NCBI RefSeq assembly: GCF_006345805.1
Contig: NW_021833260.1
Coordinates: 17,369-81,368, forward strand
Direction: 5' to 3'
DNA: 64,000 bases
From: Octopus sinensis
Lineage: Eukaryota
Part shown: positions 52,461 to 64,000 of the stretch, one piece after another
Layout of the letters: each line of letters opens with the position of its first letter
Position numbering within the stretch: position 1 is the stretch's first letter
Position numbers and translations under genes: made by a program
Notes under the pieces: model-generated
What the model saw: only the letters and a program-made list of their open reading frames with translations
The model's database searches: none
Told to the model about the DNA's origin: nothing

Positions 52461-52488
52461 TACGTCTCGAGCCTACGCTCTTCGACAG
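52461..52488 (-). ncRNA. Degenerate hammerhead motif in a second Penelope-like fragment (~52359-52562)
   Basis: Minus strand reads CTGTCGA-a-GAGC gtag GCTC-GAGA-cgta; homologous to 50375-50403. Confidence 0.4.
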
Positions 52489-52559
52489 AAAGATACACAG
52501 AAAAAAACAAGGAGAGAAAAAGATGCGTGTAGGAGCTAACGATCTATCATGGCGTCCTG

Positions 52560-53144
52560 ACCATATATATATATATATGATTTCAGTTGGGTCACGCCCT
52601 TCCAATTGCTATAGATTCGTATTGCATTTACGGCTGTGCCTGTCACCTGGATGGTGATAAATCCTACATTGGGAGTGGTAACGATTAGGGTATTGTGACC
52701 ATTCGTCTTTCGGTTTTCTGTAGCTTTGCTCTCTTTTACAAACCCAGTGAACATATATTCCATATTTCAAAGAAATTCAAACAATAGATATAAGACCCGA
52801 GTTAAAAAGATTTTCAACAATTCAACTTTTCTGGTTGACATTAAGATGCCCACTCCCAACAGGGGCCTTAACTCTCACATTTTAGAGCTCCATGACCTTC
52901 ATTTTTCAGGAGCAAAATCTTTTTAACAGGTTCAATAAGACAGGAATTTTGGAATATGCGCATAAAATCAGTAGTATGGGATACATGTGGCACGATTACA
53001 AGGTGTGTAAAGAGGGAAATAACCCTCATCTGCAATTTTGATGAAATTCGAAACATAAATATTCCAGTCCATTACAGAAGATATAACAGAAAAGTCTAAT
53101 TCTTCAACTGAATGTAACCGGGCAACGCCGGGTATCTCTGCTAG
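52560..53144 (+). mobile_element. Helitron-like element (3' end clear, 5' end uncertain)
   Basis: accgggcaacgccgggt atctctgCTAG|T at 53117-53145. Confidence 0.55.
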
Positions 53145-53145
53145 T

Positions 53146-53182
<37 letters not shown>

Positions 53183-53261
53183 TGTATGCACATACATGAT
53201 TTATATAAATGTGTATGTGTATAAATATATATATATGTACGTATGTATATATACGTGTATG

Positions 53262-53292
<31 letters not shown>

Positions 53293-53305
53293 CATACATA
53301 CATAT

Positions 53306-53346
<41 letters not shown>

Positions 53347-54412
53347 CATACATGCATATATACGTACATATATATTTATATATTCACACACATATGTATA
53401 TGTGTATGTGAGTGTGTGTGTGTTTGTGCGTGTGTGTGTGCCTCTGTGTGTGTGTGTGCGTGTGTGTGTGTGCGTGTGTGTGTGTGTACGTGCGTGTGTC
53501 CTTTTGTCCTCACCTTAAAATATCCCAGTGGAAACCGACACCGGTTGCCGGAGGAGAACGCTAAACATGTCACATTCTGAACAACCAGCTCTTAAGTGGC
53601 GATATGATATTGTAAGCAAGTTGAAAATTGAATTTAGCTGAAAGGCAAAATTATTTTGCAGTTCATTTGAGTAGAACACACTGCATATTGTTTCAAATGT
53701 AATAACCGCCTGTCCTAAACTACCTCAACCACTAGCACCGCTCCAAGACCCACCACGACCATCGCCGCCGCCGCCCTCGCCGCCTCCGCCGCCATTATAT
53801 TGTAACCACCATCGCCTCCTCCATCACCATGACTAATATTTCCATTAAGAGAATTCGATGATCAACGTTGCTAAGGCAGATTTATTGTAAAATATTGTTA
53901 TCATTGTTGTTGTTGTTGATGTTGAAGTCGTTCTTCTCCTCCTCCTCTTGTTCGATTTTATGTAACTGCCCCTCTACCAAATAATAACGTTGCTTTTTTT
54001 ATGTATCCCTCATCGGTCGCCTCTCTTGCCAAATTATAGAAACCCTCATCTTCCTCCACATCATCATCATCATAATCATCATCATCATCAACATCATTTG
54101 TAGTAGTGGTAGTGGTAGTAGTAGCGGTGGTGGCGGTGGTAGTGGCGGTGGTGGTGGTGGTAGTAGTAGTAGTGGTTGTGGTGGCAGTAGTGGTTGTGGT
54201 GGTAATAGTAGTAGTAATAGTAGTAGTAGTAGTAGTAGCGGTGGTAGTGGTGGCGGTGGTGGTGGCGGTGGTAGTAGTAGTAGTAGTAGTAGCGATGGTG
54301 GTGATGGCGGTGATGGCGGTGGTGGCGGTGGTAGTAGTAGTAGTAATAGTAGTAGTAGTGGTGGCGGCGGCGGTAGTAGTAGTAGTGGTGGTGGTGTTGG
54401 TGGCGGCGTGGT

Positions 54413-54448
<36 letters not shown>

Positions 54449-54849
54449 GTAGTAGCGGTGGTGGTGGTGGTGGTGGTTGTGGCGGTCACGATATTTATTG
54501 GTAAGCCAGTAGGGAGAAGATGCTCTCATGCAATGCATGTATTTATGAAGCTGAAGGACTGATTTCAGAAAATAAAGCCAAATTGATTAGCGTTCATCTC
54601 TTATCTATAACGTAGTTTGCCAGCGAAGACTAATTCAATTTACCGCGTCTGTCACTCTCTCGTAATATGAGCTGGTATAGAATTTAGAGTTAGATCTGTC
54701 CCCTCCGGTATAGCAACTTACCATAATCTCTGATCAACTTACTCCATTTTATATATTTTGCATAACTTGATCCGTCCCTTTATCAAAACTGATTAGTCTT
54801 TCAAGTAAGAGATTATGCGTTTACTCCTAACAATAATCTGAATCATTAA

Positions 54850-55070
54850 AAAGGCGGCGAGATGGCAGGATCGTTAGCACATCGGGCGAAATGCGTAGCG
54901 GTAGGTATTTCGTCTGCCGCTACGTTCTGAGTTCAAATTCCGCCGAGGTCGACTTTGCCTTTCATCCTTTCGGGGTCGATAAATTAAGTACCAGTTACGC
55001 ACTGGGGTCGATATAATCGACTTAATCCGTTTGTCTGTCCTTGTTTGTCCTCTCTGTGTTTAGCCCCTTG
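54850..55070 (+). mobile_element. SINE family B (3' tail clipped)
   Basis: aaggcggcgagatggcagg...gtttagccccttg. Confidence 0.85.
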
Positions 55071-55770
55071 TCAAACTTGTCTCACCTAGGAATCAATACG
55101 ACATACTCCAATTGTCGCTGAACCGAGCTTGGAATTGGATGGAAGAATGGAATCTGAACTTGAACGCCTCAAAATGCAGCCATTTGCCAATAGGTTCACC
55201 TCCAAACTCTCCCTTGACTATTGGCCACAAACATCAACATCTTAAGATGGTCACTGAAGGAAAGGATCTCAGCATAATGATCGATACTACTTTCAAACTA
55301 CCACGGCAGGGTATCGAGGCGGCGAACAAAGCCAGAAGGAATCTTTTCCTCATCCACCGATCCTTTGCTAACCTTTCAATGGACGTCTTTTGGCTTGTAT
55401 ATATCACTCTAGTTCGACCCATCCTCGAATATTACATCCATACCTCAAACTCATATCGCCAGAAAGACATTCAGCACCTGGAATGGGTACAGCACTTGGC
55501 CACCCGAATGGGCGCGGGCTTGTCTAAGCTTGCGTAAGAGGAACATCTCCGACGGCTGGCATTGCCTTCACTCATACGATGGAGGATGCAGGGAGATCTC
55601 ATCCGACTTTCAACATCTTCAACAGACATGTAAACCTACCATTTGCGGAGATTTTCACTCCTGCGCCGAATAGAGGTCATCGTGGGCATGATCGCAAACT
55701 CCATCCCCGACACTTTCGTTTCAACAGGCGGAAGGCCGCATTCTCTGTCCGTATCGCAGCCCCGTGCATA
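55071..55770 (+). pseudogene. CR1-type RT C-terminal half, degenerate
   Basis: WNLNLNASKC, KDLSIMID, TLVRPILEY, LEWVQHLATR, RGHDRKL...FSVR. Confidence 0.85.
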
Positions 55771-55789
55771 ATCCAAGCGAATTCTTTGA

Positions 55790-56830
55790 TCCCACAACTC
55801 AAGTGCAGAGACACAACTTAAAATTAATATCATGGAAGTTGATATACTTGCGACTATTAAAGATGTAGGCCCAAACTCAGCATCTGTACCAAATAGTATT
55901 CCAGTTATATTGCTAAAAAACGTGCAAAAAACACCTCATGAAATCATTAAAGGTACTGTTTCAAAAGTCGCCAGATACCGCCATATTCCCGAGACTATTA
56001 AAAGAAGCTATAATAAAACCTATATAGGAACAAAGGATTAGCAGTGTTGAAGCTAAAAACTACAGACCCGTTTCCCTCACGTCTTACACGTCTAAAATTA
56101 TCCAACGCCTTGTCCGAAGACAAAAAGTAATAACATACCTGGAGGAAAACAACTTAGATGACACTCGGTATAGCTTTCGGACTGAACGAAGTTGCCTGTC
56201 ACAACTCTTACAGCATTATAACACTACCTCTAATAATCTCTTAAGGGGAAAGATCATTGACTGTTAAAACCTTGATATTGTTAAAGCATTTGACAAGACT
56301 GATCATGGAATCATCTGTTATGATTTAAGAAATCTTGGTATCACAGGAAAAGTCTTTAACTCCCTATATGGTAGGAGTCAACCTATTACTGCAAATAAAT
56401 TTCTCTCTAAGTTACCTGTAATACGTCGTATACATCAGGGAATGAATTACAAAAGAATATCGATGGCTAGGAGCTAAACCAGAAAAAATACGAAAATTAG
56501 TGCATCAAACTTTCAGCTTCTTCATTACAAACGAAATCACCCAAATCGCAATATTTCACACAGGATAACAATGATTCAGAGCACTAATGACATACAGGAC
56601 TTAGGTGTAATGATGTCAAATGATGCATTTTCAAACTAACCATTAAATGCAGCAAACTCATAGGCTGCATCCTGCGAATGTTCATGATAAGAGAACCGGT
56701 AGTTAGTTTTATTTTAAGGGAAAACCCTAGTTCTGAGCAGTTTGTAGTACTGATTTTAAACTTCTTATTCATCCAGTCTCAGAGAAGAAATTGAAGGGTT
56801 ACAAGGAATGTTCACTGGTAAAATACCTTC
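55790..56830 (+). pseudogene. CR1-type RT fragment, heavily decayed
   Basis: KNYRPVSLTSYTSKI, YSFRTERSCLSQLL, LDIVKAFDKTDHGI read manually at ~56055-56315. Confidence 0.75.
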
Positions 56831-57224
56831 AGTTAATTAAAACCGCAAATATCTGAAAGCGGTGAGTCTCTTCACACCAAAGAGAAATATATTCAATGAC
56901 ATTTCTACGGAAAATAGTTAGGGGATAAATGTCGTAGTCTAAGATCCGGGAAATTTCGGTGAAAACTGCATGGGGAGTTTCGAGGATTTTCTAACTTCCG
57001 TGAAATTTGATCGAAAACATAATGGGGACTTCCGGGAAACATAGTCGAAAATTTCATGGGAAGTTCCGAGGAGTTTCTAACTTCCTGGAAATTTGGTCGA
57101 AATTCCTGGGCATAGATACATTGTAGCCCAGACGTCTGGCAACTTACTTGATTGACACCCACAAGATTATCCAACATATTTCCAACAACAACCTTCGGTA
57201 ACTTTTTGAATTCCATATGACAAT

Positions 57225-57405
57225 CACTCACGGACATGCTTATAAAATCAAAAAACAACACACCACCCATGACTTTCGGAAACAATTTTTTATGCTCAGA
57301 ATTGCAGAAGCATGGAATAAACCACCTGCATCAGTTATTAGCTGTCAATACAGTACATCCTTCAAACCTTCCATGTGTCCTGAAACCGCCAACAGTACAC
57401 CTGAT
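57225..57405 (+). mobile_element. CR1-type LINE 3' end
   Basis: THGHAYKIKKQHTTHDFRKQFFMLRIAEAWNK. Confidence 0.75.
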
Positions 57406-57846
57406 GCCTTTTTTTTTAGTTGTATACAACAATTTCCTTTATCATTATATTTGTGTGTTCGTTGGGTTTCTGTGCAGTATTTTAGGTCTGTTAGTCAATG
57501 TAATGTCACACACTCACTTCTGTTCCCACTCAGGGGTACCCTACGCAGTGGGTGCAAGACTGTCTCTCTTTTCTATCTATTTCTCTGTCCTTCTCCTCTC
57601 TCCTCTATCTACCTCTCTACCTATCTGCTGCTTTTCTCTCTTTACTGCCTTCCATTTCTTCCTCTGTCCATCTCTGTTAACTACCTACTGTCTATCTTTA
57701 TTCCCTTATTTCTCCGCACTCTCTCTTTCTTCCTACTTGCTCTTCCCCAACCTTCTCTACTCTCTTCCTTCACTTTTTGGGTACAAAAAGACAATCCAAT
57801 TTTTTGTCACGCATCGTTTTTCTACTTGACCAGTGCGTAGGTAAGA

Positions 57847-58015
57847 CATCATCGTTTAATGTCCATTTTCTATGCTGAAATAGGTTGAATGGTTTGACTG
57901 CACCAGGCTCCAGTCTGATCTGGCAGTGTTTCTACAGCTGGATGCCCTTCCTAACGCCAACCACTCTGAGAATGTAGTGGGTGCTGTCTTTACGTGCCAC
58001 CGGCACAGGGGCCAA
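57847..58015 (-). mobile_element. Fragment of another SINE-like repeat
   Basis: catcatcgtttaa...tttctacagctggatgcccttcctaacgccaacc, a motif I recall from RTE-mobilised SINE tails. Confidence 0.5.
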
Positions 58016-58339
58016 TTTCCTGCCTAGTACTCATTTCAGATCCCCAGTTTATCTTTTCACTTTTCATTCTTTTCTTTCCTTCTAACTTCCTTCCCTCTAC
58101 CCCATCTCTTTATCTTTCTCCTGGGCCTTCTCATTGTACCTTTGGAACACAAGCACCACTATTTTTCTTCCTTTTTTTTGTTAGTTTTTGTCATGTAGTA
58201 TCCCACATTTTGAAATACTTGCAATTTGTATTTTTACTGCTCATTTTAGCTCTGCTTGATACATTTCCAAAATTTAACATTTTAATATGCAAAATATACT
58301 TCACATTATTACATATACTATGCATTAATGCACAAAATA

Positions 58340-58828
58340 TTGTGTTTATTGGCTATCTTCAAAATGATCACACCATCAATGGAAAATTTCAATACCAACT
58401 TCCTAAGGCAGTTATGAAAGGCTATCAAGACCAAGCACCCAGAAAAACTGATAAATGGGGTCTTGTTTCATTAGGACAATGCTTCAGCACACAAGTTCTT
58501 GGTTTCAATGGTTGCTGTGTGTGACTGGCTTTGAACTGGTTGATCATCCTCCCTATGTTAGTGATTTGGTTCCTTCTGGTTATCATCTGTTTCCCAACAT
58601 AGAAAAACACTCAGCTAAGCACCAGTATCACTATGATGAGAACATCTTATCTGTTGTTGATGACCATTTTGATCAACAGAAAAGTTTCTTCACCAGTGCG
58701 ACCCAAGCACTGCAACTACTAATAAAAATATGTGGACAGTAAGAGGAACTGTGTTAGAAAATGAACTTCATTTGGTCACATTCCATTGAGTGTCTTGCTC
58801 AGATTAGGAACATTTCAGTCGACCCTCA
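58340..58828 (+). pseudogene. mariner (DD34D-type) transposase C-terminal fragment
   Basis: GVLFH*DNASAH and GFELVDHPPYVSDLVPSGYHLFPN (cf. HPPYSPDLAPSDYHLF). Confidence 0.85.
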
Positions 58829-58863
58829 CAATAATAAAAATTATTATACCTGCATTTTTATTA

Positions 58864-58897
<34 letters not shown>

Positions 58898-58900
<3 letters not shown>

Positions 58901-60670
58901 TAGTTTTATTTTTATAGCGTGCTTTCACTTCACTACCGAGCGCAGCTCTGTGTGCCTTGGGTATGTGCTGTGATTTGTTGTGATGCCTGATGGTTATTGT
59001 ATGGAAAGTTTTCTGCGTAGGATGTGTGCAGTGCCTAGTAGTGCAATTTTCTGTATGTTATAGTGTTTGTAAGTCCTGGTGTTTTTGTTATGTATTTGTC
59101 TGAATATTTTTTATCATGCCTAATGCACCTACTATGATAGGAATTGTTTCTTTTTCAGATTCCACATTCTAGTTACCTCTATTCCAGGTCTTTGTATTTT
59201 GAGAGTTTCTCCATTTCTTTTAGAGACACGTTGTCATCAGCCGGTATTGATACATCAATTAGAAAGCATTTTTTTCTTCATGGTCTCTGACAACTATATC
59301 TGGTCTGTTGGCTTAATTTCTCTATCTGTGTGTATCGGCATATCCCGAGTATGGTTGCTTTCTCGTTTTGTGACCTTTTCTGGGTGTGTACTATACCATC
59401 TTTTTTCTGTTGTTATTCCATAATTTTGGCATAGCTTCCATGTATGTAGTTCCAACTCTGTCATGTCTGTGAATATATCCTTCTTAGCCAGGACTGGGCA
59501 GCTAGAGATAATATGATTTATTGTTTCTTGTCCATCTCCACATATTCTGTAGTTACTTGTAATATTTCTTTTCATTACATGTTTTTGGTAATTTCTGGTG
59601 GGGAGGCTTTGGTCTTGTGCTGCAAATAAAAATCCCTCTGTTTCTGCTTTGAGTCCTGAGCTTCTCAACCATTGCTGGGATTTTTCTTTGTCTATTTCTT
59701 TTGCGTTTAGTTTAGTGCAGTATTTATCATGAAGGGGCTTTTCTTGCCATCGTTTTATCATGGTTCGTTGCTGTTCTATTTTTAGTTTGGATTTCATTTG
59801 TTTTATAGCTTTTGTTGTTTCTTCATCTTCTTCTTCTTCTTCAGTTTATTAGGTGGTATGATTTCTTGTTGTATTTGTCAGCTTCCTTAAATACTGAGAA
59901 CAGTTTTTTGTTTTGCTCGTGTTTTGCCGCTATCTGATCAGTTTTCTTTCCTTCTGAAGTAGATATTTTTGCAGTCCTATGGTGGTTATTTTATAGTAGT
60001 TTTCCAGCTGTATAAGGCCTCTACCACCTTCTATACGTATATATAGTCTTTCTATGTCAGATTTTGGGTGATGCATCCTAGATCCTGTCATTATTTTTCT
60101 TGTTTTCCTATCTATTTTGGTCAGTTCATTTCGTGTCCAGTTAAGGTATGTAGCTGTAACTTATAACTGGGACAGCTAAAGTGTTGATACCTATTATCTT
60201 GTTTTTAGCATTGAGCTCTGTGTTTAGTATTGATGTAACTCGTCTATAATATTCTTTTTTTATTTTCTCTTTCATTTGTGTGTGTTGTGTCTATCTAGTT
60301 CATGGATTCCTAAGTATTGTAAGTTTGGCTTTGGTCTAATTCTTTATTCATTGGTTTTATCTAGTGTGATGTTGTACTCTTAACTAGTTTTCCTCTTTTC
60401 ATGGTTACTTTGGCGCATTTTTCTAATGCAAATTTCATATCTATTTCTTTGGTAAATCCATGAACTGTCTTTAATAGTGTTTCCAGCTGTTTGTCATTTG
60501 CAGCGTATAGTTTTAGGTCATCCATATATAAAAGGTGGCTGATCGTTTTGCCGTAACATTTATATCCGCATCCAGTTCTATTTAGCATATCAGATAGAGG
60601 TGACAGTGCCAAGCAGAAAAGGAGTGGAGAGAGCATGTCTCCCTGGAATATTCCACTTCTAATATACCTC
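58898..60670 (-). mobile_element. R4/Dong-type non-LTR retrotransposon, 5'-truncated (RT, CCHC, REL, 3' UTR) in (TAA)n
   Basis: LSPLLFCLAL...HLLYMDDLKLY...EKCAK; AAQDQSL..RNY; RICGDGQETINHIISSCPVLA; TDREI..RPDI. Frameshifted. Confidence 0.92.
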
Positions 60671-60694
60671 TTCTTCTTCTTCTTCTTCTTCTTC

Positions 60695-60788
<94 letters not shown>

Positions 60789-60850
60789 ACTTATTATTGT
60801 TGTTATTGTTATTGTTGTTGTTGTTGTTGTTATTATATTATTATTATTAC

Positions 60851-60983
60851 TTGTAACCTTAGGTATCCACTAGCTTTCAATAGTGTTTCAAGTGCCTTGG
60901 ACCCTCCTGATTCCCTCTTAGGGACAGGAAGGGCCTAAGCACTTGAAAGACTATTGACAGCTAGTGGATGCTTAAGGTTACAA
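60851..60983. repeat. 133-bp imperfect hairpin
   Basis: ttgtaaccttaggtatccactagc...gctagtggatgcttaaggttacaa, paired almost to the centre. Confidence 0.85.
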
Positions 60984-61085
60984 CTAGTAACTCGCTATCC
61001 TCATAAAATCTAACAAGAATAAAACCGAACCCCAGTCAAGTCAATAACAACAACAATAGCAATAATAATAATAATAATAATAATA

Positions 61086-61123
<38 letters not shown>

Positions 61124-61163
61124 TAAACAACAACAATAATAATAATGATAACAATAATAATAA

Positions 61164-61672
61164 TGATTGGAAGTGCTATCATGTACATTGTTTTGTCTTG
61201 GTATAAAAGATGGGCTACAGCAAATATTCTGCTCAATACCACAGATTTGCTTGTCAGTTGTTTGACCTTAACCAGTTGACCATGTCCCTTAGTGGCTGAT
61301 GATATGTGCATCTCTGATCACGAGCAGAAGTAGTGGGGGAGCATCATAGCCATGTGTTGAGAGGGATTCTTTGGAGTTTGAATAATTCACCTTGGTAAAC
61401 ATGGGTGTTTCGTTCAACATCCTTAAACAATCCTTATTCAGGGACCTTTTGAGCGGGATGGGCTACTCGACCAGAAGAAAAATTCTCACTGGGCCCTACC
61501 TGCAAGGTCATGCGCCGTTTATCTTGATATGAGATTGCCATGTCGCGCACATATGGTTGTGATGCATGTGTCTGGTGTACCCTTATCAGACGGGTAGTCA
61601 TGATGGGTATACTGGGCTTCGTTTATTTTATCCCAGTGTCACTTTGATGGCATGCACTGCTCTCTCATTCAA
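61164..61672 (+). mobile_element. Unclassified TAA-tailed retroposon
   Basis: Reverse complement of 10582-11090; embedded in (TAA)n. Confidence 0.7.
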
Positions 61673-61704
61673 TAATAATGATGATGATGATGATGATGAT
61701 GATG

Positions 61705-61736
<32 letters not shown>

Positions 61737-61781
61737 CATAATAATAATAATAATGATAATGATAATAATAATAATAATTAT

Positions 61782-61840
<59 letters not shown>

Positions 61841-62522
61841 TAATAATAATGATGATGATGATAATGATAATAATAATAACAAAACAAACAACAACACCAA
61901 CAACAACTGCAACAATGCCAAAATGAAACGTGAGGGAGGGAAGGAGGTCTGTCAATAATTGCTTTGAAATTAGCGAGCGTATAAATTATACCATATTTGT
62001 TGGACAATCTGGAGCTGCGCTGACACGTCATCACAGAGCAGAAAGAAAGCCGTGGTTTTTGGTTACACGTCAAATTTCTTATGTCTAAGTAAGACTGAAA
62101 TATTAAAAGCTTGCTCTTCGGGACACAAGTGATACGATATCTATTTACGTGGCTAAGTAGAATATTCTGTTTGAAGACGGGTGCCAGGAGCTACGATACT
62201 ATAAAACTATCCATGAACGATCGATAGATAATTTTATCTCTAGGTTTTTTGGTGACGGATTTCGCAAAGTATTGAAGAGAGACTGAAGAGTGAAACAGAG
62301 TGTTTTATATAATGATAGAACATTTAAGTACCAGCATCTATCTGGTTGAGATTTTTCCTTTCAGATTTTCATAATTATTTAATCGACTGCAAGAAAATGA
62401 ATGTCAGATATATTCCTGTGGGATATGGATTTAGAACAATGAGGTATCGGACACGATATTGCAAGAGAAGCGAAAATTCTAGCATTTCACTATTCAATTG
62501 TATAAGGTGTTGTTTACATTAG

Positions 62523-62558
<36 letters not shown>

Positions 62559-64000
62559 ACGGACACACACACACACACGCACAGACACACGGACACACAC
62601 ACACATACACATACACATACACACGCACAATGGACACACACGAAAATATGTACATGGATAAATACACACACACACGTACGCACATTTATATATGCGTTAG
62701 TGTGTATGTATCTATAGACTCCGCATTGGCTAATTCACTCTACAATCACGAGATCGCCGTTTCGATCCCACTATGTGTCGTCGTCGTGGAAGCGTCTTTT
62801 ACGATAAGCGTGTGTCGACCCAAATTTCTAAGCGCAATTGGATACACCGAAACAAGGTAAGAAATTTTCTGATAGTCGGTACCTGTAATTAGGATATCCA
62901 ATCCTTTATCATACTGTGTGACGCTGTTACTACTTATCAATTACGTTTAAGAGACAGATGTGTGTAGCGTCTGACGTTCGATTCCCGGTAGCGCGTTGTG
63001 TACTCGCGCAAGAGAATTCATTTCACGGGGCTCCGGTTCACTCAGCAGGCAAAAAATTAGTCGTACCAGTAATTCACATGGCCAGCCTTGTCACCTTCTG
63101 TGTCCAGCTGAATCTCCCTGGAAACAACGTTAAGGATGCGCGTGTCTGTGCATTGCTCAGCCGCTTGCACATGCATTTCAAGAGCAGACTCTTCCGTTGA
63201 TCGGATTAACTTGAACGTTCCTCGTTGTATACAACGGAGGACCAGTAGTTATTTAATTATGTAAAATGCGATGGTCATGGCGGGAACGCTTCTCTATCAT
63301 GAATCTACTCAATGAAATCTAATCTGATTGATCATTTTTACTGCTAGAAAGAGCACCGGAAGCACCTTACAATCACTCTTCTTACAGTCTTAAAAGGAAG
63401 GATACATGGGTCAGTGTAGTGCTTAACATATGTAAAGACAGGATATTTATGATTTCATTGTCTTTTAAATAATGTTCTGATGGATTAGATACAAGCTAGA
63501 GCGTGAAAAATAAGAGATGCTGAATGAGTCCCTACGGGAGAGTTTGATCTAGAAAATTAGCAGTCGAATCGCCAACAAATTACTCACAGTATATCAAAAG
63601 AACATATCTACCTCAAATCTCATAACTGCAGTCAAGAAGCGTATGGCACAAACACACACATATGCACGCACACACACACATGGGCGCGGGTACGCACACA
63701 CACACAGACACGGATATACATATAGACGCAAACACACAAGCGGACACCCCCATATGGTTACACGTTCACATTACGCCTTCAAATATAAAGACACATTTTC
63801 TTGCTTGGATCATATAATTTCAATCTTGAAGAGCAACACACACACACACACACACGCACACACACACACATACACACACGCACACACACACACACACAAG
63901 TACACGCATCTACATATAAACATACTCAGATAACGCCGTCAAAATCTAAAGATATCGTATATAATCCTTGAATTTCACATAAGACGAATGGTAGGATATC

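Noticed and set aside
54850-55770. SINE-LINE template-switch chimera
   Set aside because: The SINE looks much younger than the decayed CR1, so adjacency by later insertion or deletion is simpler.
61296-61330. CTGATGA hammerhead core in the TAA-tailed element
   Set aside because: No stem II/GAAA partner, and the motif is not conserved in the 26418 copy.

Overview
Repeat-dense, AT-rich animal genomic DNA. The SINE families and the (TA)n/(CA)n/(TACA)n/(TAA)n/(ATC)n load most resemble an octopus genome; this is inferred from recall, not from a database search. I recognise no intact host protein-coding gene, and almost all ORFs in the track are microsatellite translations. The window holds at least three tRNA-derived SINE families, including tandem concatemers. 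It also holds decayed non-LTR retrotransposons (R4/Dong-type in TAA repeats, Tx1/L1-type in a TATC repeat, CR1-type), Tc1/mariner fossils, non-autonomous Helitrons, MITEs, and Penelope-like fragments carrying minimal hammerhead ribozyme motifs. The standout feature is a ~4.3-kb fold-back repeat complex at 878-5209. It consists of 32-bp tandem arrays flanking an AT-rich satellite. Embedded in that satellite are about ten copies, three of them starting at ATG, of a short reading frame missed by the ORF track: MPHHPRYTRFCFTLNNYDDVDVYRLQHMEHIRYMVF. This matches the N-terminus of a circovirus-like CRESS-DNA-virus Rep (HUH) protein, including rolling-circle motif I (FTLNN), and it is preceded by a TATA-like box. 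The whole complex appears to split a SINE.
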